64,000 nucleotides of DNA, from NCBI RefSeq assembly GCF_000142905.1, contig NW_013657614.1, positions 84,727 through 148,726 on the forward strand. The letters are read 5' to 3'. Within the stretch, counting starts at the first letter, position 1; every line of letters begins with the position of its first letter. Shown piece by piece: positions 42,469 through 52,242 of the stretch. The notes below the pieces were generated by a model. That model saw nothing but the letters and a program-made list of their open reading frames with translations, did not search any database and had not been told where the DNA came from. The stretch comes from Thecamonas trahens ATCC 50062. Lineage: Eukaryota; Protista; Apusomonadida. The position numbers and the translations under genes are program-made.

Positions 42469-45400
42469 TCACTTGCTCTCCGTCCAGCCGACTTGCAACC
42501 CTGCACCCGGCTCGTGCCAAGTCTTCTTGACAAAGACCCGGTAGGCAGGGATGCCGATGGCGACGGCCACCACTACGATCGAGTACGCGCCGAGTGCCAT
42601 AAAGACGGTGACCACAAACGAGGCTTGCTCATCGGCGACAGCAAGGAGATCGGCAACCAGCGCCGTAACGTACGCCATCAACAACACCGCATGGGCAGTC
42701 ATGTCCATCCGCGTCACCAGCGGCGAGACGTACGGCGACATCTCATAGGCCGCAAAGATCGACGCCAGGAACGTGGTGACAAGCACCACATGCCGGTAGA
42801 TCTCGGTCGCAGAGCCAAAAGCCACCACTACAGCGTAGAGGAACCGCCGCAGGACAAAAATGACGGCAAAGTACCGCGCCCGTGCCTTGAAGGAGTCGAA
42901 CCAGAATGGGAACGAGGTCGAGATCCACGCCACGGGCTCGGCCGCCAGTTCGCCGTAGATCACCACCGCAACCATGACCAGCATCGGCAGGACTACGTAC
43001 ACCACCATCGGAACCACCTTTTCCGCCACCGTCAGCGTCGAGCACTCGAGGTGCGGGTAGTTCTTAAAGTACGAGATCTTCGACACCGGGTCCTCCTCGC
43101 AGTTGAACACGTCGAGGATGTAGGTGGCGAGCGGGAGGAAGAAAAAGTTGGCGACAAGCCCGATAGCCCACACCACATGACCCATGTACACCTCGCCGGT
43201 CCTCATCAGCCTCTGCTGCAGCCCATCGTTGGACTCGGCCTGCTCCGACTCGCACGACGAGTCGCCTTCGCTCGACCCGGACGCTCCCGTCGCCCACGTG
43301 TAGTCGGAGTCGTCGTCGTCACCTGCGTCCGACCCGCTGCTTGACGACGCAGACGGAAACTTGATCACAAACTTGACGGTGAAAACCAAAAGGAGGACCG
43401 TCATGATGATCGGCGGAAGACAGACCATGGCCCGGAATCGGGCCTCGAAGCTCTCAAACTCGGAGATGCACTCGAGCCCGATGCCCTCGGACGACGGTTG
43501 TGAGAACTGGAAGATCGCCAAGATAGGCAGGATTGACGAAGGCAGCAAGAGATCGGCAACAACAATGGTAAGCGTCTGGAAGAACGAAATCACAATCTGG
43601 AAGAGCTGCTGGACGTAGCGCAGGAAGGCCTTGCGCCGGAGCTTGGCCGGCGCGCTCTCGCCGTCGCTACAGTCGCTACCCGATGCGGACGACTGCGACA
43701 CCGTCGAAGTATCGGAGCTTGCGCTCAACTGCTCCTCGGTCTGGCGCGAAGAGCACCGCCCGCCCTGGAAGATCCGCTCCCACTTGCGGATCTCCTCGGG
43801 CACGACGTCGCGTAGGATCGAGGCGCCGCCGACTGCTGCGAGGACGATGACGACGAAAAAGATGAAAACCGACGGCCACACCCCAGTCGACTGCGAGCAC
43901 TTGACGCACTCGCCGTCCCGCAGAAAGAAATCGTCCTCGCAGTCGGCGCAGAGACGACCGCGATGGCCCTCCTTGCACTGGAACGAGGTCACAGTAGCGC
44001 CGCTGGCGTCGGTCGTCTGGACAACCTCACACGGGTTTGACGCACTCGTGGCCTTCATGGCTCCAAACTCGCATGCCACAAAGGCATTAGCCACCGTCGT
44101 GCTCAGCGTCGCGCTCGCGTTGAACTGAGTCAGCGACCGCATCGCCCGTGTCTGCGCTGGCGTCGGTGCCGGTGTCGGCTTGGTCACCGCTGCAAACGGG
44201 TTGTCAATCTCGAACCTGGCCAGCGAGGGAAAGTAGCCAGGATTGGGGATCATGACCGGAACCGCCGTCGACGGATAGCCGAGGCACCTGGCGTTGGCAA
44301 GACAGGCGGCACACGAGTCGAGCCCGCCGCGGGTGGTGTTGTAGAACTCGTCACGGCAGCGGCATGCCAGATACCGATGATACGAGGGGTCGACCTTGAG
44401 CTCGACGCCCGAGCTCCCGATCCACTGTGGACACGCGCCACCGGAGAGAGTAACCACGTCGGCGGCGCTAAAGTCGGGCGAGACAAACGTGGGCATGAAC
44501 GGGCCCGGCCCGCGCTTGGCCTCCATCCCCGGGTTGTTCCGCAAATCGAGCAGCTTGAGCGACGGCAGCTCGCCAACGAGCTGTGGCACGTCGCCGACAA
44601 GCGAGTTGTTGGAGAGGTCGAGCGTGACGAGCGAGCCCAGTTCAAACACGTCAGTTGCGGTGATGAGGAGCGGGCCACCGATGTTGTTGTCGCTCAGATC
44701 GACGCTCTTCACGCGGACAAACGCACCACTAATGCGCGAAAAGGCAAAGCCCGGGCCGAGCGCGGCACCGTTGTTGCTCAGATCGAGCTCGGTCAACTCT
44801 CCCGGCATGCGGTCGAGGACTGTTCCGAGGTCATCGAGGTTGTTCGATGAAATGTCAAGGACCTGGAGCGTAGTGGCCTTGTTCTTGAACCCAGGCTCGA
44901 CCGCGCTGTAGCTGTTGCCAGCGAGACGAAGAGTAAAAATTGCGGTGGCTCCAGTAAGCGGCAGCGTGAGCGTGCCGCTAAACGAGTTCCGCGACAGGTC
45001 GAGTGTGACAAGCTCGACAAAGGTATCCAGCGACGGTATGGCGGTGAGCGAGTTGTCGGCGGCGTACAGCTCCTTGATCTCAGACTTGATGACCGCCGGC
45101 GGCGGCGATGCCATGCCTGTAAAGGCGTTGCCGGAAATCACTAACTTGAGAAGCGTCGACGAGTAGAGGACCGACGCCGGGACAGTGCCCTCGAGCGCAT
45201 TGTTGGAGAGCTCGAGTAAGGAGATGTTGGTCATGGGCAAGAGAAAGTTAGGCGGAATGGTCCCGGTCAGGTTGGTTCCCGAAAGACTTAGCGTCTGGAG
45301 GCCGATGTACGCCGGATCTAAGGTCAGCATGCCCCCCAGCGGGTTGTCGTTGAGAATGAGCCGCAGGAGCTTGCCGGTCGATGGAAGTGGGATACTTTGC

Positions 45401-46440
45401 ACCGGGCCGTCAAAGGCATTGTACGAGAGGTCAAGGAAGACGAGTTCGTCGAGGACGTCCAGCGTTCCAGGTTCGATGCGGCCGCGCATGTAGTTGCGCT
45501 GCAGCTCGAGGCCGATAAGCGAGCGTCGCCAAGCGGCCGGAAACGAAGGAATCGAGCCGCCGATGCGACCATCCGCGAGATCAAGGTACGACGGCGCAGT
45601 GAGCGACGTGAGCGCCGCCGGAAGTTGCGCCGCCACCAGGTCGAGCGAGCTGAGCATGAGCATGTCGACGTAGCCATCGGCCGTGCAAACGACGCCGTAC
45701 CAGTTGTTGCGGCACGGATCCGAGGACGCGGTGTTGACTTGCCATGGGATGCCGTTCCGCGACGCCGCCGGCTGCCGCCACCCACTGCCACCAGTCCCGC
45801 GGTAGAGCGCAACAAGGGCATCACGCTCGGACGCTACCATTGGCGCCTGCCCGACCGTCACCGTCACTACGCCAGGGGCAGACTTGTAGGGATCAAGTTC
45901 CGACGTGAGCTGATCCGGGTTGCGCATAATATACGCAGCAAAGTCGCTCGGGAGCGAGTTGACAAAGGCGCTGGCGCCGGCGATCGACTTGCGATGCTTC
46001 GACGGGGCGTAGATGGCGGGAAAGCCGAGGATCTTTGGATTGACAAGCATGCCTTTGCCGCCCCACTTGGCCACGAGCGCAGCCAGTCGACCAGGATCAC
46101 ATGTGACCGAGACGATGCCGCCCGGCACAATGGCAATCTTGCCGTTAAAGTTGGACGGCGCATCGGGCATGAGACCACAAGGATCCTCAGTCAGCACAAA
46201 GCCCTCGATGTCGACCGCAGTGCTCGGCGGCGTCGAGAACTGAAAAGCAGTCACTTGCGACGCCACATGCCTCACACCAAGCGTTTTGTCCGGCGCCGAG
46301 CCGTCGGTGGTTGAGAGCTTCACAGTAATGCCGCGCGCCAGGGGGTCCTGTCCGGCCACAAGAGATGCAAGAGCAGCCAAGAGGGCAACCGTAGCCACTA
46401 CTAGCGAGAACCGTCTCTTCGCAAGTAGCATGGAATGCAT
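42469..46440 (-). CDS. Receptor-like protein: signal peptide, PA-like domain, LRR array, Cys-rich region, multi-pass TM domain
   Basis: DPC..GKIAIV..G..C; ERDALVALY..W...DPC..WYGV.C cap; many LxLxxNxLxGxxP repeats; C.EGH.G.LC..C; about 8-9 hydrophobic segments. Confidence 0.8.
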   Translation of the reverse strand: MHSMLLAKRRFSLVVATVALLAALASLVAGQDPLARGITVKLSTTDGSAPDKTLGVRHVASQVTAFQFSTPPSTAVDIEGFVLTEDPCGLMPDAPSNFNGKIAIVPGGIVSVTCDPGRLAALVAKWGGKGMLVNPKILGFPAIYAPSKHRKSIAGASAFVNSLPSDFAAYIMRNPDQLTSELDPYKSAPGVVTVTVGQAPMVASERDALVALYRGTGGSGWRQPAASRNGIPWQVNTASSDPCRNNWYGVVCTADGYVDMLMLSSLDLVAAQLPAALTSLTAPSYLDLADGRIGGSIPSFPAAWRRSLIGLELQRNYMRGRIEPGTLDVLDELVFLDLSYNAFDGPVQSIPLPSTGKLLRLILNDNPLGGMLTLDPAYIGLQTLSLSGTNLTGTIPPNFLLPMTNISLLELSNNALEGTVPASVLYSSTLLKLVISGNAFTGMASPPPAVIKSEIKELYAADNSLTAIPSLDTFVELVTLDLSRNSFSGTLTLPLTGATAIFTLRLAGNSYSAVEPGFKNKATTLQVLDISSNNLDDLGTVLDRMPGELTELDLSNNGAALGPGFAFSRISGAFVRVKSVDLSDNNIGGPLLITATDVFELGSLVTLDLSNNSLVGDVPQLVGELPSLKLLDLRNNPGMEAKRGPGPFMPTFVSPDFSAADVVTLSGGACPQWIGSSGVELKVDPSYHRYLACRCRDEFYNTTRGGLDSCAACLANARCLGYPSTAVPVMIPNPGYFPSLARFEIDNPFAAVTKPTPAPTPAQTRAMRSLTQFNASATLSTTVANAFVACEFGAMKATSASNPCEVVQTTDASGATVTSFQCKEGHRGRLCADCEDDFFLRDGECVKCSQSTGVWPSVFIFFVVIVLAAVGGASILRDVVPEEIRKWERIFQGGRCSSRQTEEQLSASSDTSTVSQSSASGSDCSDGESAPAKLRRKAFLRYVQQLFQIVISFFQTLTIVVADLLLPSSILPILAIFQFSQPSSEGIGLECISEFESFEARFRAMVCLPPIIMTVLLLVFTVKFVIKFPSASSSSGSDAGDDDDSDYTWATGASGSSEGDSSCESEQAESNDGLQQRLMRTGEVYMGHVVWAIGLVANFFFLPLATYILDVFNCEEDPVSKISYFKNYPHLECSTLTVAEKVVPMVVYVVLPMLVMVAVVIYGELAAEPVAWISTSFPFWFDSFKARARYFAVIFVLRRFLYAVVVAFGSATEIYRHVVLVTTFLASIFAAYEMSPYVSPLVTRMDMTAHAVLLMAYVTALVADLLAVADEQASFVVTVFMALGAYSIVVVAVAIGIPAYRVFVKKTWHEPGAGLQVGWTESK

Positions 46441-46949
46441 GTGAGACAGGTGTGTCTCGCCCTTGCCCTACCCCCCCACGCCCTGCCTGGCTGTGCTACC
46501 TGGACGGTTGCCAACAGGTGGAAGTCGCGCATGGATAGTGTTGGGAAAAATACTATTTTTTTCGCCCTCTCCTCGCCCGCCCGCCAACTGTTCTTCGTCC
46601 CCTTGCACCACGCCCGTGTCTGTTCAACAAGCACTCTTGCGGCACGTAGCGATTGTAACAGCTGCTATGTGTGCGCACGAGGAGGGGGGCAAGGGGACGA
46701 GACGGTGAGGTAGTGTACATGTTTAGCAAAATCAATTGTGGTCTCTTTGTTGTTTTGTTCCGTTGGTGAGTATGTGTGTCTTGTATGTGGTCAGCCTGAG
46801 AACACTTGGTCGCTGAGCGAGAGTTCTCCGAGTGCCCTTCCATGCGATGTGGTCCGTACCAAACCACCTGCCACCAACACAAGTCGGCGACCGCCAGCAG
46901 CAGCCCAGCCGACACCCGACCCACCCCCCCCCCCCCCCCTCTCTCTCTT

Positions 46950-47022
46950 CTATATATATATATATATATATATTTATCTATATATATATCTATATATTTT
47001 GGGGTGTATGTGTATATATATA
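46950..47022 (+). repeat. (TA)n-rich microsatellite next to a gap
   Basis: Direct TA runs. Confidence 0.9.
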
Positions 47023-47250
47023 AAAANNNNNNNNNNNNNNNNNNNNNNNNNNNNNNNNNNNNNNNNNNNNNNNNNNNNNNNNNNNNNNNNNNNNNNNNNN
47101 NNNNNNNNNNNNNNNNNNNNNNNNNNNNNNNNNNNNNNNNNNNNNNNNNNNNNNNNNNNNNNNNNNNNNNNNNNNNNNNNNNNNNNNNNNNNNNNNNNNN
47201 NNNNNNNNNNNNNNNNNNNNNNNNNNNNNNNNNNNNNNNNNNNNNNNNNN

Positions 47251-48438
47251 TACGACTCATCCATACACACAGCGGAGGACGGATGGTCATCATCGTCTGA
47301 TGATGGCGGAAGCAGGCGACGGAGGAAGAAGATCCAGGTCAAGATCAAGTCCAAGCAGCTGCTGTTTGCAGAGCCCGAGTCCACTCCGCCGGTGGTCAAG
47401 CTGGCGGCGCCTCCGCCCACGGCTGGCCTGCCGACCACGGCGAGGGCTTCGAGGGCGAGGGCGGCACGAAGGCAGCGGGTTCGCTCGGCGCCTAATGCAT
47501 CAGATACTGCTGAGTTGGCCATCGAGGCCCATGCCCAGTCGGCGTCAGGCTCCACAGCTGGGCCAGAGTCGTCGCCCGGCCGTGCTCCGGCCCAGACGTC
47601 GCTGCGTCCGCCGTCGGGCGCAAGCGCCCTGGTGCCCTCTGCCCCGGGTCTGATGAACGCCATGACTGCCAGCAAGGACGCCAGTACTGCTCCCTCTGAC
47701 GAACCGTCGCTACCACCGGCACCGGCGCTGCAGTCAGCGGAGGCGGCATCAGGCTTGCCGTCGCTGACTGTCGACTTGTTGTCGGCCGCTGCGTGCCCCC
47801 CGACGGTTGCAGCAAACTCGGCACCCCCGCCGAGCCTGGGCTCGGGTGGCCTGACGTCCAATGGCCTGGCTGACTTGTTCGCAGAGCCGAAAGACCTCGT
47901 CTACCTCAAGTGCTCGCTGTGCAACTCGATGATATCCGTCGATACCATTGACGCACACTCGGCCGAGTGTGCCGCGACCCTGGAACGGCAGACCCGCATT
48001 CGAGCACCGTCGACCACGTCCGAGTCCCCCGAGGAGCTGATCCAGGAGGGCCGGGGCAGGAGCAGGTCCGAGGCTGATGCTGCCGCGACTGTCGCGGCGC
48101 CAGACTCGGGTTCCGACTCGGGCGAGGGCGAACTGAACCTGGCACCGATCGGTGGCGCCTCGAGTGGGGTGCGAGCCAAGGGCGAGTCGACCAAGAAGGC
48201 GGCTAAAGCTGCGCGGAAAGCGGCCAAAGCGCGCGAGAAGGCCGCGGCTAGTGCGGCCAAGCGCGGAGACCGCTCGGATCCGGACCTCCGTGCAGTGCTT
48301 GCTGCCAAAGACCGCGAGATTGACGAGTTGAAAGAGGCGCTGGAGGAGAAGGACAACGAGGTGGCCCGGCTGAAGAAGCTGTTGCAGGCCGAGCGGATCA
48401 AGAGCACACAGCTCAAGGCGAGACTGGCGTCGGCGTAG
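47251..48438 (+). CDS. Disordered protein with UBZ-like zinc finger and C-terminal coiled coil (5' end in gap)
   Basis: KCSLC-x10-H-x3-C; heptad-rich AKDREIDELKEALEEKDNEVARLKKLL. Confidence 0.6.
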   Translation, partial: YDSSIHTAEDGWSSSSDDGGSRRRRKKIQVKIKSKQLLFAEPESTPPVVKLAAPPPTAGLPTTARASRARAARRQRVRSAPNASDTAELAIEAHAQSASGSTAGPESSPGRAPAQTSLRPPSGASALVPSAPGLMNAMTASKDASTAPSDEPSLPPAPALQSAEAASGLPSLTVDLLSAAACPPTVAANSAPPPSLGSGGLTSNGLADLFAEPKDLVYLKCSLCNSMISVDTIDAHSAECAATLERQTRIRAPSTTSESPEELIQEGRGRSRSEADAAATVAAPDSGSDSGEGELNLAPIGGASSGVRAKGESTKKAAKAARKAAKAREKAAASAAKRGDRSDPDLRAVLAAKDREIDELKEALEEKDNEVARLKKLLQAERIKSTQLKARLASA

Positions 48439-48499
48439 TTTTGGACTGGTTAACGTATGTTATTGCGCGGGCGGGTGCGCACTCGACTTCCCGGCCCCA

Positions 48500-51400
48500 T
48501 CACCAGACGTTGTATCGCTTTGGGCAGTTGTGGGCGTTCCGAAGCACTCCATGAACGAGTGGGCTCAGGCACGACGAGCACCTTGAGGCGAGCTGGACAC
48601 CGTGGACAACATGCAGGTGCGAGGCAAGCGAGACTTGGATGGCATGGTGTATGCCACAGATCGGGCACGGCCACAGCTCGTTGACATGAAAGCCGACCGA
48701 TGCCTGACCTATGACGATCGCAAGCAAGCGGTGACTGACACGCTCGCCAAGCTTGCAGGCGCTTGTGAGCATCTGCTCGAGCTCAAAGAACACCTCGGGT
48801 GAGAGTTGCGACCAGTGGCGAGCGACATAATGCGCGTCTGCGTCGGGCCAGTACCGCATTCGACGGGCAAGCTCGGGCGGAACGGGCGTGGCGGCATTGT
48901 CGCTGGGGAGCGGCTCGTCGTTGGCGAGCAAGACGGCCCACGGCGCCTCGAGCTCGAGCATGGTCTCGATGCCGAGCCAGGGTGGGAGGAGTAGAGCGGC
49001 GCGGAGGGTGTCGAGCCTGGCCTGCACAAGCTCTGTGCCTGCTTTGGCCACCACCAGCAAATGCTGCAGCACGCTATCAGCCATGGGCTCGGGCTCGGCC
49101 ACAAAGGCGTTGATGACAGTGGTAAGGCCTTCGGCAGAAGGCAGTGAGTCGACAAGGCCAGCATGGACCAGAAACCGTAGCGCACACCAGAGCTTGGCAA
49201 GGCGAAAGGCGACGCCAACTTCGGCCTCTACCTGCTCCAGCTCTGTCGCAGCATCCGGTGTCTCCAGCCAGGTTTCGATGTCCCTGAGCGGACGGCTGAC
49301 CAAGCTGGTGAGCGCGTCAGTGGTGCCGAGTGCACACTGCGCCATGGTCATGACCTCGCACACAAATGGAAGCTGGGCCATGGCCCACGTGCGCAAGCGC
49401 ACGATGTTGTCGCATGCCTCGGCCACCGATATTGTGCCACCACTTTGACACGCGGCCAGCCAATAGCAGCCGGCCGCTTGCACTCCTAGGGCCGGCTTGT
49501 TGGCCTGCATTGCCATCCGCCCGGTGTGGTACACCAGACCCGTAGCGGTGCCGAGAAGCGAGCCCGGGACCTGCTGTTTGGCTGCGAGGCCGGCCATCCT
49601 ACCTAGGGCGGTGGTGACTGTGTGGTACATGTGACGTGACCCGTCCATCCACTGCAACTGTTGCCCCCTGGGAATGAGGCGGTCATGGTCAGAGGCGAGG
49701 CCGGGCCAAGCCTTTGCGGCCGTTTTGGCAACTCGCTCCAGCCGCCGGAGCAAGGTCTTCAAGCCGACCCTATCGAGCGAGGCGACATCAGCGAGGACCG
49801 TCTGGACCGCAGCCTGGCCAACAGACAACCCAAAGTGCTCGACGACAGCTGCGCAGTGGGCAAAAGACTCGGGACTAAACTTGGACCGGTACCCACCAAA
49901 CCGCAGAAACTGTGTAATCTCCGGCTCGAGGAAGCGCAGGACTGGCGGCAAGTCAATCGAGTTCCCACGCGTCGAGAGCTTGGTCACCACCAGCGAGCCG
50001 ATCGCCTTTTCGCGAGCCAGCTGCGAGGCTCTCGCAGCACCGTAGAGGCCAACCGCAATGAGCGCCTCCATCCGGAGCCGCGGACCGGCGACAAGCGCCA
50101 GCAGCGACGCCGCCTCGTCCTCGACCCGCTTGAGCTTCTCGGCAAACGGCAGGTCCGATTTGTCGTTGATGTACCGGCCGAGCTGGGCCGCGTTGCGGAT
50201 GCCGACAATCTTGAGGTCGTGGCGGGCGTCGAGTGCGTGCTTGGCGACGTCGCGGAGCTTGGCCCGGTCGACAACCCGCGAGGTGATGAGTGTGGCGGCT
50301 TCTTCGGTGAGCTTGGCGAGGTTGATCATCGGCGACGACGCGATGCGGCCGACCGAGTTGGTGGAAAAGACGTGAACAAGCTTGCCCATGGTCGCCGCGC
50401 TCACCGCAGGCTCATCCTCAAAAATAGACTCGTACACAGCCTTGGTCATCCATGTCGGAATCGAGGTTCCCGCCACAATCGCTCGAAACGCCTTCTTCTC
50501 CTTGACGTCCACCACGGCGTACTTGGGCACATCTGGAAAGCTGAGCTGGAGCTCAAGTTCGGGGCCAAAGCCTTCCCGGAACGCTGCCTCGCGCTCGCTG
50601 TACCGCTTGGCAGCATCGGCCATGTCGCTGCAAAGGGCGACAAGCCGAGCGGTCTCGGCCTCGTTGTCCAGCTCACGGGCTTCCACGATGCCACGGCAGA
50701 CAGAGATCGCGTTGTGGAGGCCCGGCAAGAAAGAGTACGGAATGCAAGTAATCGTGCCCATCGCGTCGAGTCGCGCTTGCTGTATGACTAGATGACGAGC
50801 AAGCGTCTCCAGCTCGATAGGCGTCGGCTCGGCGCACGAAATGAAGAGAAAGTCGCGGACAAGCCACGGGCTGGACCTGGCCACCAGAGGCGCCACTGCG
50901 TCGACGGGCTGACCGATGTGGCGCTCCAGGTCTGTCAACCGCCGCGGGGCGGCCTCAATGCGCCGCGGCAGCTCAGTAAAGAGCGGCAGCAAGATGGAGG
51001 TCATGATGTTGGTCGTCGGGTCGCGCTCCAGCGCCATCCGCACTTGTGTGGTTACCATGTTGGTGAGGGCACGGACCGGATTCCGAATGCCAAACACGGA
51101 ATCGCATCTCTTGGACCATGTTGCCCTGCAGTGGGCGATGGCTGTCGTAAGCTTGTCGTCGTAGTTGAAAACCGAGCAATGCTGGGCGAGAAAGACTGCT
51201 ATCTGGATGAGCTTGAAGAGCGCGCGCGGCACTCCTGGGCGGGCACTCTTGACCTTCCGCACATCTGCGAGTGCGGTGTATGCAACAAACATGCCGCTGG
51301 TGTCGCTCTCGCCAAGTTCGGCCTCGATGGCGCTGGCAGCCGCGGGCTGCAGTTCAAGCGCCAGCAGTCGGCGCAGCAACAGCCGGTCGTGTGCGATGCG

Positions 51401-51835
51401 CCACATCTGCGAGCATGTCGTCGCGAGAGCACGATACGACGTCCGATCGAGAAAGCCCATAAGATATACAACAATCTCGTCCGGGAGAGTGGCGAGCGGC
51501 GAGGCGAGCGCGCTGCCGCCGCCGCCGACGCCGAGTCCCGCCACAAACTGGGCTGAGGTTCCCCACGAGCCCGCCGTGCTTGAAATGCCCAATGCCAGGT
51601 TGTACGTGTGCTCGTAGATGTCGGAAGCCATGGCGCTCGAGAGCGACTGCGGCATGCCGTGGATGATCGAGGAGCCGAGGCCGGTGACGAGCATCCACGC
51701 ATCAGCGAGGAGTGCGACATGTGCCTCGACGCCCTTGTACACCATACCATCTCTCTCACCAACCAGCCGCATCATGCTCCACGGCTGCGGAGCCAGGACT
51801 CCTCCTGCCAAGAACCGCTTGACCTGAGCATTCAT
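48500..51835 (-). CDS. Large F-box protein with C-terminal C2H2-type zinc finger(s)
   Basis: Probable ATG 51835. LATLPDEIVVYLMGFL...LATTCSQMWRIA F-box; CPIC-x12-H-x4-H, then CSSC...HNC. Confidence 0.7.
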   Translation of the reverse strand: MNAQVKRFLAGGVLAPQPWSMMRLVGERDGMVYKGVEAHVALLADAWMLVTGLGSSIIHGMPQSLSSAMASDIYEHTYNLALGISSTAGSWGTSAQFVAGLGVGGGGSALASPLATLPDEIVVYLMGFLDRTSYRALATTCSQMWRIAHDRLLLRRLLALELQPAAASAIEAELGESDTSGMFVAYTALADVRKVKSARPGVPRALFKLIQIAVFLAQHCSVFNYDDKLTTAIAHCRATWSKRCDSVFGIRNPVRALTNMVTTQVRMALERDPTTNIMTSILLPLFTELPRRIEAAPRRLTDLERHIGQPVDAVAPLVARSSPWLVRDFLFISCAEPTPIELETLARHLVIQQARLDAMGTITCIPYSFLPGLHNAISVCRGIVEARELDNEAETARLVALCSDMADAAKRYSEREAAFREGFGPELELQLSFPDVPKYAVVDVKEKKAFRAIVAGTSIPTWMTKAVYESIFEDEPAVSAATMGKLVHVFSTNSVGRIASSPMINLAKLTEEAATLITSRVVDRAKLRDVAKHALDARHDLKIVGIRNAAQLGRYINDKSDLPFAEKLKRVEDEAASLLALVAGPRLRMEALIAVGLYGAARASQLAREKAIGSLVVTKLSTRGNSIDLPPVLRFLEPEITQFLRFGGYRSKFSPESFAHCAAVVEHFGLSVGQAAVQTVLADVASLDRVGLKTLLRRLERVAKTAAKAWPGLASDHDRLIPRGQQLQWMDGSRHMYHTVTTALGRMAGLAAKQQVPGSLLGTATGLVYHTGRMAMQANKPALGVQAAGCYWLAACQSGGTISVAEACDNIVRLRTWAMAQLPFVCEVMTMAQCALGTTDALTSLVSRPLRDIETWLETPDAATELEQVEAEVGVAFRLAKLWCALRFLVHAGLVDSLPSAEGLTTVINAFVAEPEPMADSVLQHLLVVAKAGTELVQARLDTLRAALLLPPWLGIETMLELEAPWAVLLANDEPLPSDNAATPVPPELARRMRYWPDADAHYVARHWSQLSPEVFFELEQMLTSACKLGERVSHRLLAIVIGQASVGFHVNELWPCPICGIHHAIQVSLASHLHVVHGVQLASRCSSCLSPLVHGVLRNAHNCPKRYNVW

Positions 51836-52242
51836 GGTGTGAGCGAGCGAGGCAGCGGGTAGGGGAGCGAGCGAGTGGCGGCAGGTGGGGTGGGTGGTGA
51901 CGGACTTGAGGCAGTATGCCCTTTGGCCGTCAAAGTGAGCAAAGGTGCGAGGGGAGGATGTGGGGAGGGAGACAGAATGAAGAAGACGATGGCGGACGTA
52001 TGCGTCTTGGGGAATGTAGAGACGGAAGGGGGGGGGGGGGGGGGGGGGGAGGGGGGGGAGGGGGGGGAGTGCGAGTGTGTGTGTTTGTGGTTGGCTTATG
52101 TGTGGTGGGAGTGAGGTGGTGAGCCGACGAACAATCACGACCTTTTCGGAAACATCAGGTGCGGGCCGGACTCTGGGAAGCCAGAGCTAGGGAACACACA
52201 GTGGGCGACGACGGCAGGGTGGTGGGTGCAAAGGCGGCGAGT

